30,103 bases of DNA from an uncultured Lachnospiraceae bacterium (GCA_964610075.1 CAZSUR010000002.1:1-30103); one strand, 5' to 3'; positions 9,072-17,985 are shown, counted from the stretch's first letter. Program-made: numbers and translations. The notes: generated from the sequence alone by a model not told the origin.

Positions 9072-10460
9072 TCAATTCACCTGCACATCCTCCGAGCCGC
9101 GCCCCGTCGCGCTCGAATCGCCTCCGTGCGAGTGAGGCACAGCCGAGCTGCGCGAGCATACAGCCAACGCACGAATGAGATACAGCGCAAGGAGCAGAGT
9201 CCACGCAACCATCTCGGCATATGCTATGACCATATTTCCGAAATACGGCGCCATTATGTACGATGCCGCGATGCGTACCGCAAGCGAGATTATTCCGCCG
9301 GCGCTTGAATAAACAAGCTGTCCGACACCCTCAAGATAGCCTCGGAAGGCCATAGCCAGACCGAACACCGGATAGAAGCAGGCTATCCTCACAAAGAAAG
9401 CGGAGCCTATCTCCACCGACTCGGCACCGGCGCCGAACAGCTCGATCAGCCGTCCGCCCGTCGGGATAACGATGACGGTCAGCGCCGCCGATACGGCGAG
9501 CGATATTATAAGCCCGGCATCGAGGGTGCGCTTGGCGCGCTCGGTATCTCCCGCTCCGCAGCTCTGCGAGGTAAAGGTGGCAATGCCCGAGCCGAGATTA
9601 ATTATCGGCAGCATGATAAGCGTATCTATACGATATGCCGTGGTTATGGCGATAACGGTGGCGATACCGAAGCTGTTCATGAAATTTTGCAGAATAAGTC
9701 CTCCGAGAGAGGTGATGCACGACTGTATCATCGGCGGTAGTCCGAATTTTGTACCGCGAAGCAGCTTTTCTCTCGTATCACCGGTACCGCAAACGAATCT
9801 GAGCTCCTCCGGATACCTGCGCGAGCTGTAAAGCACCGTAAAAGCAGCCATAAGAAGCTGTGAGAGCACGGTAGCAACAGCGGCACCGCGCACTCCCCAT
9901 CCGAGATATGCGACCAAAAGAATATCGAGCGCTACGTTCGCCGCCGACGACGCAAGCACCGCAAGAAACGGAGTGCGGCTGTCGCCTATTCCGCGAAGGA
10001 TCGCGGCGTACACGTTATATACGGCTAAAAACGGAAATCCGAGGAAGATTATACGTATATAATCTCCGGCAAGCGCAAGTGAATCCTCCGGCGTGTGCAA
10101 AAGCCGCATGAGCTGCGGCGAAAATATACATCCGAGCACCGATATCACCGCGAAAATAACGAATAAAAGCATGGAAAAAACGGAGAGTATTTTCGGTATA
10201 TCGTCACGTGCACCCTCACCGAAATATCGCGCCGCAAGAACGGAAAGTCCGAGCGTAAAGCCGGTTATCGCGGTGACAAAAAAATTTATCGGCGCCGACG
10301 CCGCGCCGATCGCTCCGAGAGCGAGCTCACCGTCAACGTTGCCGACTATAAATGCATCCGCCCAATTGTAAAGCTGCTGAAGCATACCGCTGAGTATCAG
10401 CGGCAGGCTGAAGCTGACAAGCGAAAGCATGATAGCTCCGAGTTTGTGCTGTTTGTCCAT
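9072..10460 (-). CDS. MATE family efflux transporter
   Basis: Start MDKQHK at 10460 (GGAGG RBS); LQQLYNWADAFIVG, ILRGIGDSRTP, NVALDILLV, GVRGAAVATVLSQ; about 12 TM helices in two repeats; the last ~30 aa look like a non-conserved tail. Confidence 0.93.
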   Translation of the reverse strand: MDKQHKLGAIMLSLVSFSLPLILSGMLQQLYNWADAFIVGNVDGELALGAIGAASAPINFFVTAITGFTLGLSVLAARYFGEGARDDIPKILSVFSMLLFVIFAVISVLGCIFSPQLMRLLHTPEDSLALAGDYIRIIFLGFPFLAVYNVYAAILRGIGDSRTPFLAVLASSAANVALDILLVAYLGWGVRGAAVATVLSQLLMAAFTVLYSSRRYPEELRFVCGTGDTREKLLRGTKFGLPPMIQSCITSLGGLILQNFMNSFGIATVIAITTAYRIDTLIMLPIINLGSGIATFTSQSCGAGDTERAKRTLDAGLIISLAVSAALTVIVIPTGGRLIELFGAGAESVEIGSAFFVRIACFYPVFGLAMAFRGYLEGVGQLVYSSAGGIISLAVRIAASYIMAPYFGNMVIAYAEMVAWTLLLALYLIRALAVCSRSSAVPHSHGGDSSATGRGSEDVQVN

Positions 10461-10586
10461 TCTAACCTCCGAGGATCCGAAAATAAATAAAAAAACACCC
10501 AAGCCGTATACGTCGCCGTACGTGGCCGGGTGGAAAAAAGCGGCTGATATGCTCTGAAAACCCCACTCCCGAGATTTTGTGCTGTA

Positions 10587-10615
10587 ATTATAACTCTTTT
10601 TGCTACGCTTGTCAA
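10587..10615 (-). promoter_or_regulatory. Consensus sigA promoter for the MATE gene
   Basis: TTGACA-17 nt-TATAAT on the minus strand. Confidence 0.85.
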
Positions 10616-10940
10616 GCCGCACCCCGGCGCGAGCGCCTATTTATACGTCAATTCGTCGATTCCGCCCCGAGTGCCCGAGCCGGACGGCTCGCGAGATGGG
10701 TAACGCAGTGCTTTCAAAGCCGCGCAGCGTAAAGATCAAACGGCGTGGCAGGCGCGACGAGATAATATACGATGAGACTGCCACTTCTGCAAAAGCATAA
10801 GATAGGCGCTGTGCCCCGGAGCAACGTCGGGAAAAATGCGAGTCGGGCGCATACGAACAACGTCAATTTGTACACCAAATCTACCGTGCGAGCGCCGGCG
10901 CTTCCGTGCGAACATCAACGTCCCTGCGCGAGCGCCGCCG

Positions 10941-11000
10941 GATACAAAAAAGGCCGCTGTGCACGGCACAAAGCCGGCACCTGCGACCCTTTGTTGTATC
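10941..11000 (-). terminator. Probable terminator after rplL
   Basis: Imperfect GC hairpin followed by T6 on the minus strand; outer arms GATACAAAAAAGG / CCTTTGTTGTATC are 12/13 complementary. Confidence 0.6.
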
Positions 11001-11035
11001 TTTTAAGACAGTTCAGATGTTTTAATCTCTGCGGA

Positions 11036-11419
11036 TTACTTAAGCTCGACAGAAGCTCCAGCCTCTTCAAGCTGCTTCTTAACAGCCTCAGCGTCTTCCT
11101 TGGAAGCGCCTTCCTTAACAGCCTTAGGAGCACCCTCAACGAGGTCCTTAGCGTCCTTAAGTCCGAGACCTGTGATCTCGCGAACAGCCTTGATAACGTT
11201 GAGCTTGTTAGCGCCTGCAGCGGTGAGGATTACGTCAAACTCGGTCTTCTCCTCAGCAGCAGCGCCCGCAGCAGCTCCGCCTGCAACTGCACCTGCTACC
11301 GCTACGGGAGCTGCAGTTACGCCGAATTCCTCTTCAAGAGCCTTTACAAGGTCGTTCATTTCAAGAATTGTAAGTGTCTTAATATCTTCTAACAGTTTTG
11401 TTACTTTCTCGTTTGCCAT
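11036..11419 (-). CDS. rplL: 50S ribosomal protein L7/L12
   Basis: [62 protein letters not shown]. Confidence 0.98.
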   Translation of the reverse strand: MANEKVTKLLEDIKTLTILEMNDLVKALEEEFGVTAAPVAVAGAVAGGAAAGAAAEEKTEFDVILTAAGANKLNVIKAVREITGLGLKDAKDLVEGAPKAVKEGASKEDAEAVKKQLEEAGASVELK

Positions 11420-11465
11420 TTTAATATACCTCCGTTAATTTATAATTTTTAATATTGGGTGCGGA

Positions 11466-11993
11466 TCATTCCGCTTCGGGAGCAGCTTCTTCAACCGACT
11501 CTCCCGATTTGTCGATAATAGCCTGAAGAGCGTAAGCCAGACCATATACCGGAGACTGTACTCCGAGCATGATCTTGCAGATGAGTGTTTCCTTCGAAGG
11601 AATCTCGGCAAGATCGCATACGGTTTTAGCATCAATAACCTCTCCGTCAAGGAATCCGCCCTTTATTTCAAAGGTCTCAACCTTTTCGGAATACTCTTTC
11701 AAAACCTTTGCCGGAGCAACGGGGTCGTTCTCGCTTATTGCGAGAGCCGTCATTCCTACGAGCAAGGGCTTAAGGGACTCATATCCAACCTCGTCGCAAG
11801 CACGTCCTGTCATGGTATTCTTGTATACCTTGTAATCAACGCCTGCTGCACGAAGAGCTGCACGCATTGCGGTATCCTGCTCAACGTTGATTCCCTCATA
11901 GGAAACGAGAACGCCGGCGGTAGCATTTTTCATCTTCTCCGCAAGAGCTGCAACTTCAGCTTTCTTCTGCTCTAAAATCTTTGCGCTTGGCAT
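11466..11993 (-). CDS. rplJ: 50S ribosomal protein L10
   Basis: KKAEVAAL...YEGINVEQDTAMR...YKVYKNT...GMTALA...IKGGFLDG...LAEIPSKE; upstream of rplL; GGGAGGTG RBS. Confidence 0.96.
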   Translation of the reverse strand: MPSAKILEQKKAEVAALAEKMKNATAGVLVSYEGINVEQDTAMRAALRAAGVDYKVYKNTMTGRACDEVGYESLKPLLVGMTALAISENDPVAPAKVLKEYSEKVETFEIKGGFLDGEVIDAKTVCDLAEIPSKETLICKIMLGVQSPVYGLAYALQAIIDKSGESVEEAAPEAE

Positions 11994-12003
11994 CTGTTTT
12001 CAC

Positions 12004-12190
12004 CTCCCGATAAAAATAAAACATCCCGCAGGCTCGCACTGTGCGCATCCTCCGGGAAAAGCAATACAATATAAACGGCACAAACGGTGATCCGCCGCCG
12101 GCCGGGATTGTAATACGCTCGCCTCGGTAGGGTAGCTCAGCTTTTACCGGCGCACCATACGGCGCACCTGAACCTACTGTCTATGGTTTA
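12004..12190 (-). ncRNA. L10 leader (autoregulatory ribosomal protein leader)
   Basis: Minus strand carries AGACAGUAGGU (12182-12172) and CCUACCGAGG (12131-12122), the L10-leader core as I recall it, then a hairpin plus U-rich tract (~12057-12012) before the rplJ RBS. Confidence 0.85.
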
Positions 12191-12197
12191 CTCGAGC

Positions 12198-12226
12198 ATT
12201 ATATCATACCGAGATACGTTTGTCAA
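12198..12226 (-). promoter_or_regulatory. Consensus sigA promoter for rplJL
   Basis: TTGACA-17 nt-TATAAT with an extended TG. Confidence 0.9.
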
Positions 12227-12461
12227 CCCTTTTTTCAAAATAATATCGCGCGAATAAATCGCACGGAGGGGAGCCCCCACACGCCGATATATAGGATGAA
12301 AAAACCACGAAATCATGAAATGCTGACGTGCAACCGATTCGGTCAGCACGTGACGACGGGGATCTGACATCAAATAAATAATATCGCGTCGCCGGACGAA
12401 GCGATATGCGCACCCCGAAACAGCGCGCCCGGCAAGGCAAAACGCGTGCCCCGCAATGCCG

Positions 12462-12495
12462 TCGGGCGGAGACGCACCCTCGCATCTCCGCCCGA
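12462..12495. repeat. Strong 14-bp palindromic hairpin downstream of radA
   Basis: TCGGGCGGAGACGC-ACCCTC-GCATCTCCGCCCGA; no adjacent U tract on either strand. Confidence 0.7.
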
Positions 12496-12514
12496 TATAT
12501 CCGCGCATCCTCCG

Positions 12515-13894
12515 TCATTCGGAGAATGCCGCCGACACCGCGTCGTATATTCCCTTTACCGGGATTATCTTTATCTTAAAGCGTTCCTTTCCCTTTATAT
12601 CCGCGCTGCGGTAGGGGAGAAGTATCTTCGAAAAGCCGAGGCGCTCCGCCTCTCTCACCCTCTGCTCGGCATTTGATATCGCGCGGCACTCGCCGGCAAG
12701 GCCTATCTCACCTGCCGCGATAACATCGTCGGGTATAGGCTTGTCCTTCATTCCGGAAATGAGCGCAAGCGCGGTCGGCAGATCCGCCGCCGGCTCCTCG
12801 AGTCGCAGACCACCGACAACGTTTATATACGCATCGTGCGACGAGAAGTTGAGTCCGAGCCGCTTTTCAAGCACCGCAAGTATCATATACAGGCGATTGT
12901 AATCTATACCGTTCGAGGTGCGTCTGGGCGACGGGAACACCGAGCGCGCGACCAGAGCCTGCACCTCCGCGATTATCGGGCGTGTGCCCTCCATCACGCA
13001 GAGCGCGCAGTTTCCGGAGACATTCTTCGGTCTGCCGGCAAGCAGAGCCTCGGAGGGATTCGGAACCTCGGAAAGTCCCTCTCCCGTCATCTCGAAAACG
13101 CCTATCTCATTTGTCGAGCCGAAGCGGTTCTTCACCGATCTTATTATACGATAGGTGTGCTGTCTGTCTCCCTCGAAATACAGCACGGCGTCGACCATAT
13201 GCTCGAGCACCTTCGGGCCGGCTATTCCGCCCTCCTTGTTTACGTGACCGACAAGGATGACCGACACGCCGTGATTCTTCGCTATGCCGATGAACTGCAT
13301 AGCGCTCTCCTTCACCTGAGTAACGTTTCCGGGTGCGGACGAGGAGGTGTCGCTGTACGTCGTCTGTATCGAGTCTACTATCAGTACATCCGGCTTTATA
13401 TCCTCCACCTGCTTCATTATGCGGTCGATGTTCGTCTCGGTGAGGATGTAGAGATTATCCCCTCCGACGCCCAGCCGCTTCGCGCGAAGCTTGAGCTGAC
13501 CGAGCGATTCCTCGCCCGATACGTAGAGCACGCGCTTGGCCTCTCCGAGCACCGAGGTTATCTGCATGAGCAGGGTGGATTTTCCGATTCCCGGCTCGCC
13601 GGACAGAAGCACGACCGAGCCGTTTACAAGCCCTCCGCCGAGCACACGGTCGAACTCACCGTATCCGACCTCGCTTCTCATATAACTCGGCAGCTCAAGC
13701 TCGTCGAGCTTGACCGCCGCCGACACCGCGTCCGCCGTCAGCATCCTCGATTGTGTGCGCGCCGATGCCTTCGGCTCCTGGCGGAGCTCGGTCTCGTCAG
13801 CCGTATTCCACTCCTGGCAGGAGGGGCAACGTCCGAACCATTTCGGAGTCTGATATCCGCACTCGCGGCAGATATATACCGTTTTCGTCTTCAT
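12515..13894 (-). CDS. radA: DNA repair protein RadA/Sms
   Basis: C4 zinc finger (CRECG...CPSC), GEPGIGKSTL Walker A, KNRFG motif, Lon-like C-terminal domain. Confidence 0.98.
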   Translation of the reverse strand: MKTKTVYICRECGYQTPKWFGRCPSCQEWNTADETELRQEPKASARTQSRMLTADAVSAAVKLDELELPSYMRSEVGYGEFDRVLGGGLVNGSVVLLSGEPGIGKSTLLMQITSVLGEAKRVLYVSGEESLGQLKLRAKRLGVGGDNLYILTETNIDRIMKQVEDIKPDVLIVDSIQTTYSDTSSSAPGNVTQVKESAMQFIGIAKNHGVSVILVGHVNKEGGIAGPKVLEHMVDAVLYFEGDRQHTYRIIRSVKNRFGSTNEIGVFEMTGEGLSEVPNPSEALLAGRPKNVSGNCALCVMEGTRPIIAEVQALVARSVFPSPRRTSNGIDYNRLYMILAVLEKRLGLNFSSHDAYINVVGGLRLEEPAADLPTALALISGMKDKPIPDDVIAAGEIGLAGECRAISNAEQRVREAERLGFSKILLPYRSADIKGKERFKIKIIPVKGIYDAVSAAFSE

Positions 13895-13962
13895 CTTTTG
13901 AAAAACCTCTTTTTATAAGTTATAATAATACTGTCGTAAAAATCGTCGGCGCGCCGACACGT

Positions 13963-14691
13963 CTATGCCGCGCTCTCCTTTTCGAAATACCGAAGCAGGG
14001 CTGAGCTTATAACGCAGGCAAGACGCGCACGATATTCCGGGTCGTCCAACCGCGCCGCCTCCGCATGATTCGAAAGAAATCCGCACTCCACCATAACGGC
14101 GGGTATCTTCGCCTTGTGCAGAAGAAATATCGACGAGCCGGCAGGCTTGCACTCGCGCGTATTGTCCGGCTGGAGCGTCGCCTTGTTCGCCTCGCGAATA
14201 AGCTCGGCAAGCGACGTGCTTTTATCCGAATTTGCCGAATAGTACACCTGAAGCCCGCTGTAACGCGAGCTTGAGAACTTGTTCATATGTATGCTCACCA
14301 AAACCGAATCGGGCGAGCTGTTTGCAAGCGCGAGCCGCGCGCGTAGATCCTGTATCTTTTTCGAGCCGCCGCCCGGATGCGATAGCATGGCGTCGTCCTC
14401 TCTTGTCATCGTGACCTCTATCCCGGAGCAGCGCAGTATCGCCTCCACCCTCCTTGCAAGATCGAGGTTGAGCGTTTTTTCGCACGTTCCGGTAACGCTC
14501 ACCGCGCCACCGTCCTCTCCGCCGTGGCCGGCGTCTATTATGACCTTGCGCACACGATATTCCACCGCGGTCTGCTCGACCGGGCGATAGGCGCAGCCGT
14601 CGAATACCGAGCCGAGCACCACGGCGCACATAGACATGACGAGCGAAAATATCACTATCTTCACCGTAAAAAGCGACGCCTTCGAATTCAT
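13963..14691 (-). CDS. cwlD: N-acetylmuramoyl-L-alanine amidase (Amidase_3), CwlD-like
   Basis: N-terminal anchor, IIDAGHGGEDGGA, EKTLNL, DLRARL, VSIHMN, GLQVYYS, VMVECGFLSN. CwlD orthology inferred from the single-domain layout and the sigE-like promoter. Ends in TAG. Confidence 0.8.
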   Translation of the reverse strand: MNSKASLFTVKIVIFSLVMSMCAVVLGSVFDGCAYRPVEQTAVEYRVRKVIIDAGHGGEDGGAVSVTGTCEKTLNLDLARRVEAILRCSGIEVTMTREDDAMLSHPGGGSKKIQDLRARLALANSSPDSVLVSIHMNKFSSSRYSGLQVYYSANSDKSTSLAELIREANKATLQPDNTRECKPAGSSIFLLHKAKIPAVMVECGFLSNHAEAARLDDPEYRARLACVISSALLRYFEKESAA

Positions 14692-14723
14692 AAAATCACC
14701 CGCTACCTTACATAATCAATCTA

Positions 14724-14750
14724 AATATATGCGCGGAGCGGGCGAATATG
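14724..14750 (-). promoter_or_regulatory. sigE-like promoter upstream of the cwlD-like gene
   Basis: Minus strand CATATT-13 nt-CATATATT resembles the sigE consensus; cwlD is sigE-controlled in Bacillus subtilis. Confidence 0.5.
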
Positions 14751-14752
14751 TT

Positions 14753-15319
14753 TTATTTTTTCTCTTTTTGACCTTTGCGTTGCATAAAGCCGAATATGCG
14801 TATATTCCGCGAGCCGAGATAATAGCCGAGCGTGCTTGCCGCAAGCGCCGGCAGTATTATAAGCAGATATGCGAACACGTTGTACGGCGCGTACAGGCTT
14901 AAAAATCCGCTGTACATTCCCTGGAGGAACACGCCGATGAGCTTGCACACGTAGTAGGTGTTGTACGCCCATACCGGCTCGCACATTTCAAGCGAGGTTA
15001 CGCAAAGTCCGCCGATAAGCACGCCGAGTCCGAGGATGATGTTCACCACATTGGCACCGAGCGACATCCAAAGTCCTTTAAGCGGACGATTCTCCGCGCG
15101 ACCGGAATCAACGCGGATCTTATCCTTTGCTCCGTCCTCCCAGGTCATGGTATACAGCAAAAAAAGATACATACCGACACTAAGTATTGAAGTCAGCAGC
15201 AGAATTGTGTTATAATTAATAGTAGCCATCGAAAGCATGAGCCCGAACATGGTCATTCCTATCTGGTTTACCATCATTCTGAACATCATGTAAGAATTTT
15301 GTTTTATAAAGCTCCACAT
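14753..15319 (-). CDS. Hypothetical integral membrane protein (~4 TM)
   Basis: AAAGGGA RBS, hydrophobic helices, charged C-terminal tail; no family recognised. Confidence 0.8.
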   Translation of the reverse strand: MWSFIKQNSYMMFRMMVNQIGMTMFGLMLSMATINYNTILLLTSILSVGMYLFLLYTMTWEDGAKDKIRVDSGRAENRPLKGLWMSLGANVVNIILGLGVLIGGLCVTSLEMCEPVWAYNTYYVCKLIGVFLQGMYSGFLSLYAPYNVFAYLLIILPALAASTLGYYLGSRNIRIFGFMQRKGQKEKK

Positions 15320-15467
15320 ATATAAACATCCCTTTGTTATAAACGTAATTACATATTTATTTTATATGACAAATATCAAAAATACAATAAATCAATGCGA
15401 AAGTTTACACTTTATCCATTAAAAGAGCAAATTTTATTGTTACATCCGGCAAAAGGAGGTGCGATAA

Positions 15468-16469
15468 TTGAATAGCGAAAACATAATAAAGGATTTTTCC
15501 GCATACATGAGAGTTGTAAGGAACCGCTCGCCAAAGACTATCGAGCAGTACGAGCAGGATCTTCAGCTTTTCTTCAAATTCATGTATGCATCAAGCAACT
15601 CCATGCCGCTCTCGACCGAGGCGCTGCGCGATATGCCGCCCGTCAAGGTCGGCAGAGAGGAGATCGCGGCGGTCACAAGCGAGGATATATACAAGTACCT
15701 GCTTTTCGTCGCGGACGAGCGGCACAACAATCCGAAAACGCGAGCGCGCAAGCTCTCGTCGCTGCGCTCCTTTTACAGATATTGCACCGCGGTAAAGGGC
15801 TTTGTTGATACCAACCCCGCGGCAGATATCGACTCCCCGAAAATAGGCAAGGAGCTACCGAAATATCTGACCGAGGAGGAAAGTCTGCGCCTGCTCGAGG
15901 CGGTTTTGAACGACAAGGAGAGCAAGAGCACCGCGCGCGACTACGCGATACTCACGCTGTTTTTGAACTGCGGAATGAGACTGAGCGAGCTAACCGGGAT
16001 AAACATAAGCGACCTCGATCCGAAGCTTGCGATGGTAAGGGTCACCGGAAAGGGCTCTAAAGAGCGCGTGATATACCTCAACTCCGCCTGCCGTGAGGCG
16101 CTCGCCTCGTATCTGAAGCTCCGCCTGACCGAGAAGCCGAAGCCCGAGCACAAGAACGCGGTATTTTTGAGCCGTATCGGGCATCGCATCAGCCCGAAAA
16201 CGGTGCAATGGATAGTTTACAAATATCTCAAGGCGGCAGGGCTCGAATACAAGCACTACTCGGTACATAAGCTCCGTCACACGGCGGCAACGCTCATGTA
16301 TCAGAGCGGAGAGGTGGACATACGAGTGCTGAAGGACATACTCGGGCACGAGCAGCTCAACACTACGCAGATATACACACATCTCAGCGACAGCAGCATG
16401 AAAGAGGCTATGGATCACAATCCGCTTGCAAAGGTAAAAAAGAAGTCCGAAAGCAAGGACGAACGATAA
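15468..16469 (+). CDS. Tyrosine recombinase, XerC/XerD-like
   Basis: TTG start with AAAGGAGGT RBS; N-terminal SAM-like domain; CGMRLSEL, GKGSKER, HKLRHTAAT, LGHEQLNTTQIY catalytic residues intact. Confidence 0.93.
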   Translation: MNSENIIKDFSAYMRVVRNRSPKTIEQYEQDLQLFFKFMYASSNSMPLSTEALRDMPPVKVGREEIAAVTSEDIYKYLLFVADERHNNPKTRARKLSSLRSFYRYCTAVKGFVDTNPAADIDSPKIGKELPKYLTEEESLRLLEAVLNDKESKSTARDYAILTLFLNCGMRLSELTGINISDLDPKLAMVRVTGKGSKERVIYLNSACREALASYLKLRLTEKPKPEHKNAVFLSRIGHRISPKTVQWIVYKYLKAAGLEYKHYSVHKLRHTAATLMYQSGEVDIRVLKDILGHEQLNTTQIYTHLSDSSMKEAMDHNPLAKVKKKSESKDER

Positions 16470-16497
16470 AAAATCGCCGAACGGAGAGACTTATAAA

Positions 16498-17985
16498 ATG
16501 GACAATTACGAAAACCGAAACAAAAGAGAGGCGCGTATGCACGCCGCATCGACCGACGAGGTGATAATCTCCGATGCACCCGATACCCGCGCACACCGCG
16601 GAGTAGGAAGCGAGCTGCGCGGACTTTCAAGTGAAAGAGATATCTTCGTCGAGCATCACGCGGATGCTCCGCATCAGGGAGATAGCTCGCGCCAGAGCAG
16701 CCGCAGGCTCAACCGACAGGTCAGCGCGGAGGCGGAGACGACTCACTCTCGCACCGGCTCATCCACCGCCGCTCGTACATCGGAGGCGACAGCAGCTGCA
16801 AACGGCGGCGCGCATGACGGCGTTTCGCACACATCCGCACGAGGCAGCGCAGCAAAAGGAGCGCCGGCATACGCAAAGTCACCTGCTCACGCATCTGCCG
16901 ATTCGCGCCGCGCACGCAGAAGCGATGGCAGCAGAGCCTCCGGCTCGGAGTCAAAGGGCAGCCACGGATATAACGGCGGCTCGTCGTTTGGCGGCTTCGT
17001 CTTTCTCATATGCGTTCTCGCCGCGATAATAATCGCGCTGGTCGTGGTCATAATAAACCCGGCGCAGTACCTCGAGACTGCTGACGAAACGACCGAGCTT
17101 ATCACCACAGCCGAGCAGACGACAGCTGTGACTACCGCTCCCGAGACCGAGAAGGTAGTAAACGAGTACTTCTTCCCGGAGGGGCTGTACAGCCGTCAGG
17201 CTCTGCTTTACGACTACACAGACAACGCGATAATAGCCGAGCGCGGCGCGTCCGACAAGGTTTATCCGGCATCGCTCACAAAGATGATGACGGTGCTCGT
17301 CGCGATAGAAAACATACCCGATCTTGACGCAAAAACCACCCTCTCGTCCGCGATGTTCGCCACTCTGCTCGAGCAGAACGCATCCATCGCAGGATTTTCC
17401 GAGAACGAAAGCGTATGCGCGAAAGATCTGCTCTACGCCGCCATGCTCCCATCGGGAGCCGACGGCTCGATAGGCCTTGCCGAGCTCGTATCCGGCTCGG
17501 AGAGCGCGTTCGCGGTGCTTATGAACAATAAGGCAAAGGAGCTCGGCATGAAGGACACACACTACGTGAACGTGACCGGACTGCACGATCCCGAGCACTA
17601 CACGACGGCGTACGATCAGCTCAAGCTGATGAAATACGCGATGAAAAACGACACCTTCCGCGAGGTGATATCCACACCGAGCTACACCTCCTCTCCGACC
17701 GATATACATCCGTCGGGAGTCACCATGCGTTCGACCGTTTTCTCCGGGCTTTCCGCAAATGGGCTTGACAGCTCGATGTTCGTCGGAGGCAAGACCGGAT
17801 ATACTCCGGAGGCGGGGCTCTGCCTTGCATCAATCGCGACGGTGGACGGACACACCTGCTTCCTTATAACCTTCGGAGCCGGTGCAGGGCTCAACACACC
17901 GTCCTATCACATAATGGACGCGTTCAACGTGTTCTCCGATTACGCAAATCCCACTCTGCCCGACACCTCCGAGGACAGTAGATAA
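16498..17985 (+). CDS. D-alanyl-D-alanine carboxypeptidase (peptidase S11) with a long disordered N-terminus and TM anchor
   Basis: PASLTKMMT (SxxK), LPSGAD at the SxN position, HYVNVTGL, GGKTGYT (KTG). Confidence 0.88.
   Translation: MDNYENRNKREARMHAASTDEVIISDAPDTRAHRGVGSELRGLSSERDIFVEHHADAPHQGDSSRQSSRRLNRQVSAEAETTHSRTGSSTAARTSEATAAANGGAHDGVSHTSARGSAAKGAPAYAKSPAHASADSRRARRSDGSRASGSESKGSHGYNGGSSFGGFVFLICVLAAIIIALVVVIINPAQYLETADETTELITTAEQTTAVTTAPETEKVVNEYFFPEGLYSRQALLYDYTDNAIIAERGASDKVYPASLTKMMTVLVAIENIPDLDAKTTLSSAMFATLLEQNASIAGFSENESVCAKDLLYAAMLPSGADGSIGLAELVSGSESAFAVLMNNKAKELGMKDTHYVNVTGLHDPEHYTTAYDQLKLMKYAMKNDTFREVISTPSYTSSPTDIHPSGVTMRSTVFSGLSANGLDSSMFVGGKTGYTPEAGLCLASIATVDGHTCFLITFGAGAGLNTPSYHIMDAFNVFSDYANPTLPDTSEDSR

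Noticed and set aside
10461-10585. Guanidine-IV riboswitch assignment for the MATE leader
   Set aside because: Gene context fits, but I could not find the conserved loop sequences as I recall them; kept only as an unclassified attenuator candidate.
12836-13918. 360-aa plus-strand ORF
   Set aside because: Antisense shadow of radA, typical of high-GC coding sequence. The same applies to 24191-25210, 26271-27029 and 28282-28863.
13963-13965. Genome-wide TAG reassignment as the explanation for the metAA amber codon
   Set aside because: The cwlD-like gene ends in TAG at a normal length, and I saw no other conserved gene with an internal TAG; one case is not enough.
14704-14731. dif-like site near the Xer gene (TTATGTAA arm)
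   Set aside because: Only one arm resembles a XerD site; the other arm is not the inverted ATAA type, and the sequence overlaps the sigE-like promoter.
15468-16469. Recombinase as a prophage or ICE integrase
   Set aside because: No arm-binding N-terminal domain, no tRNA or att site, no excisionase, and housekeeping-type flanking genes; fits a chromosomal Xer.
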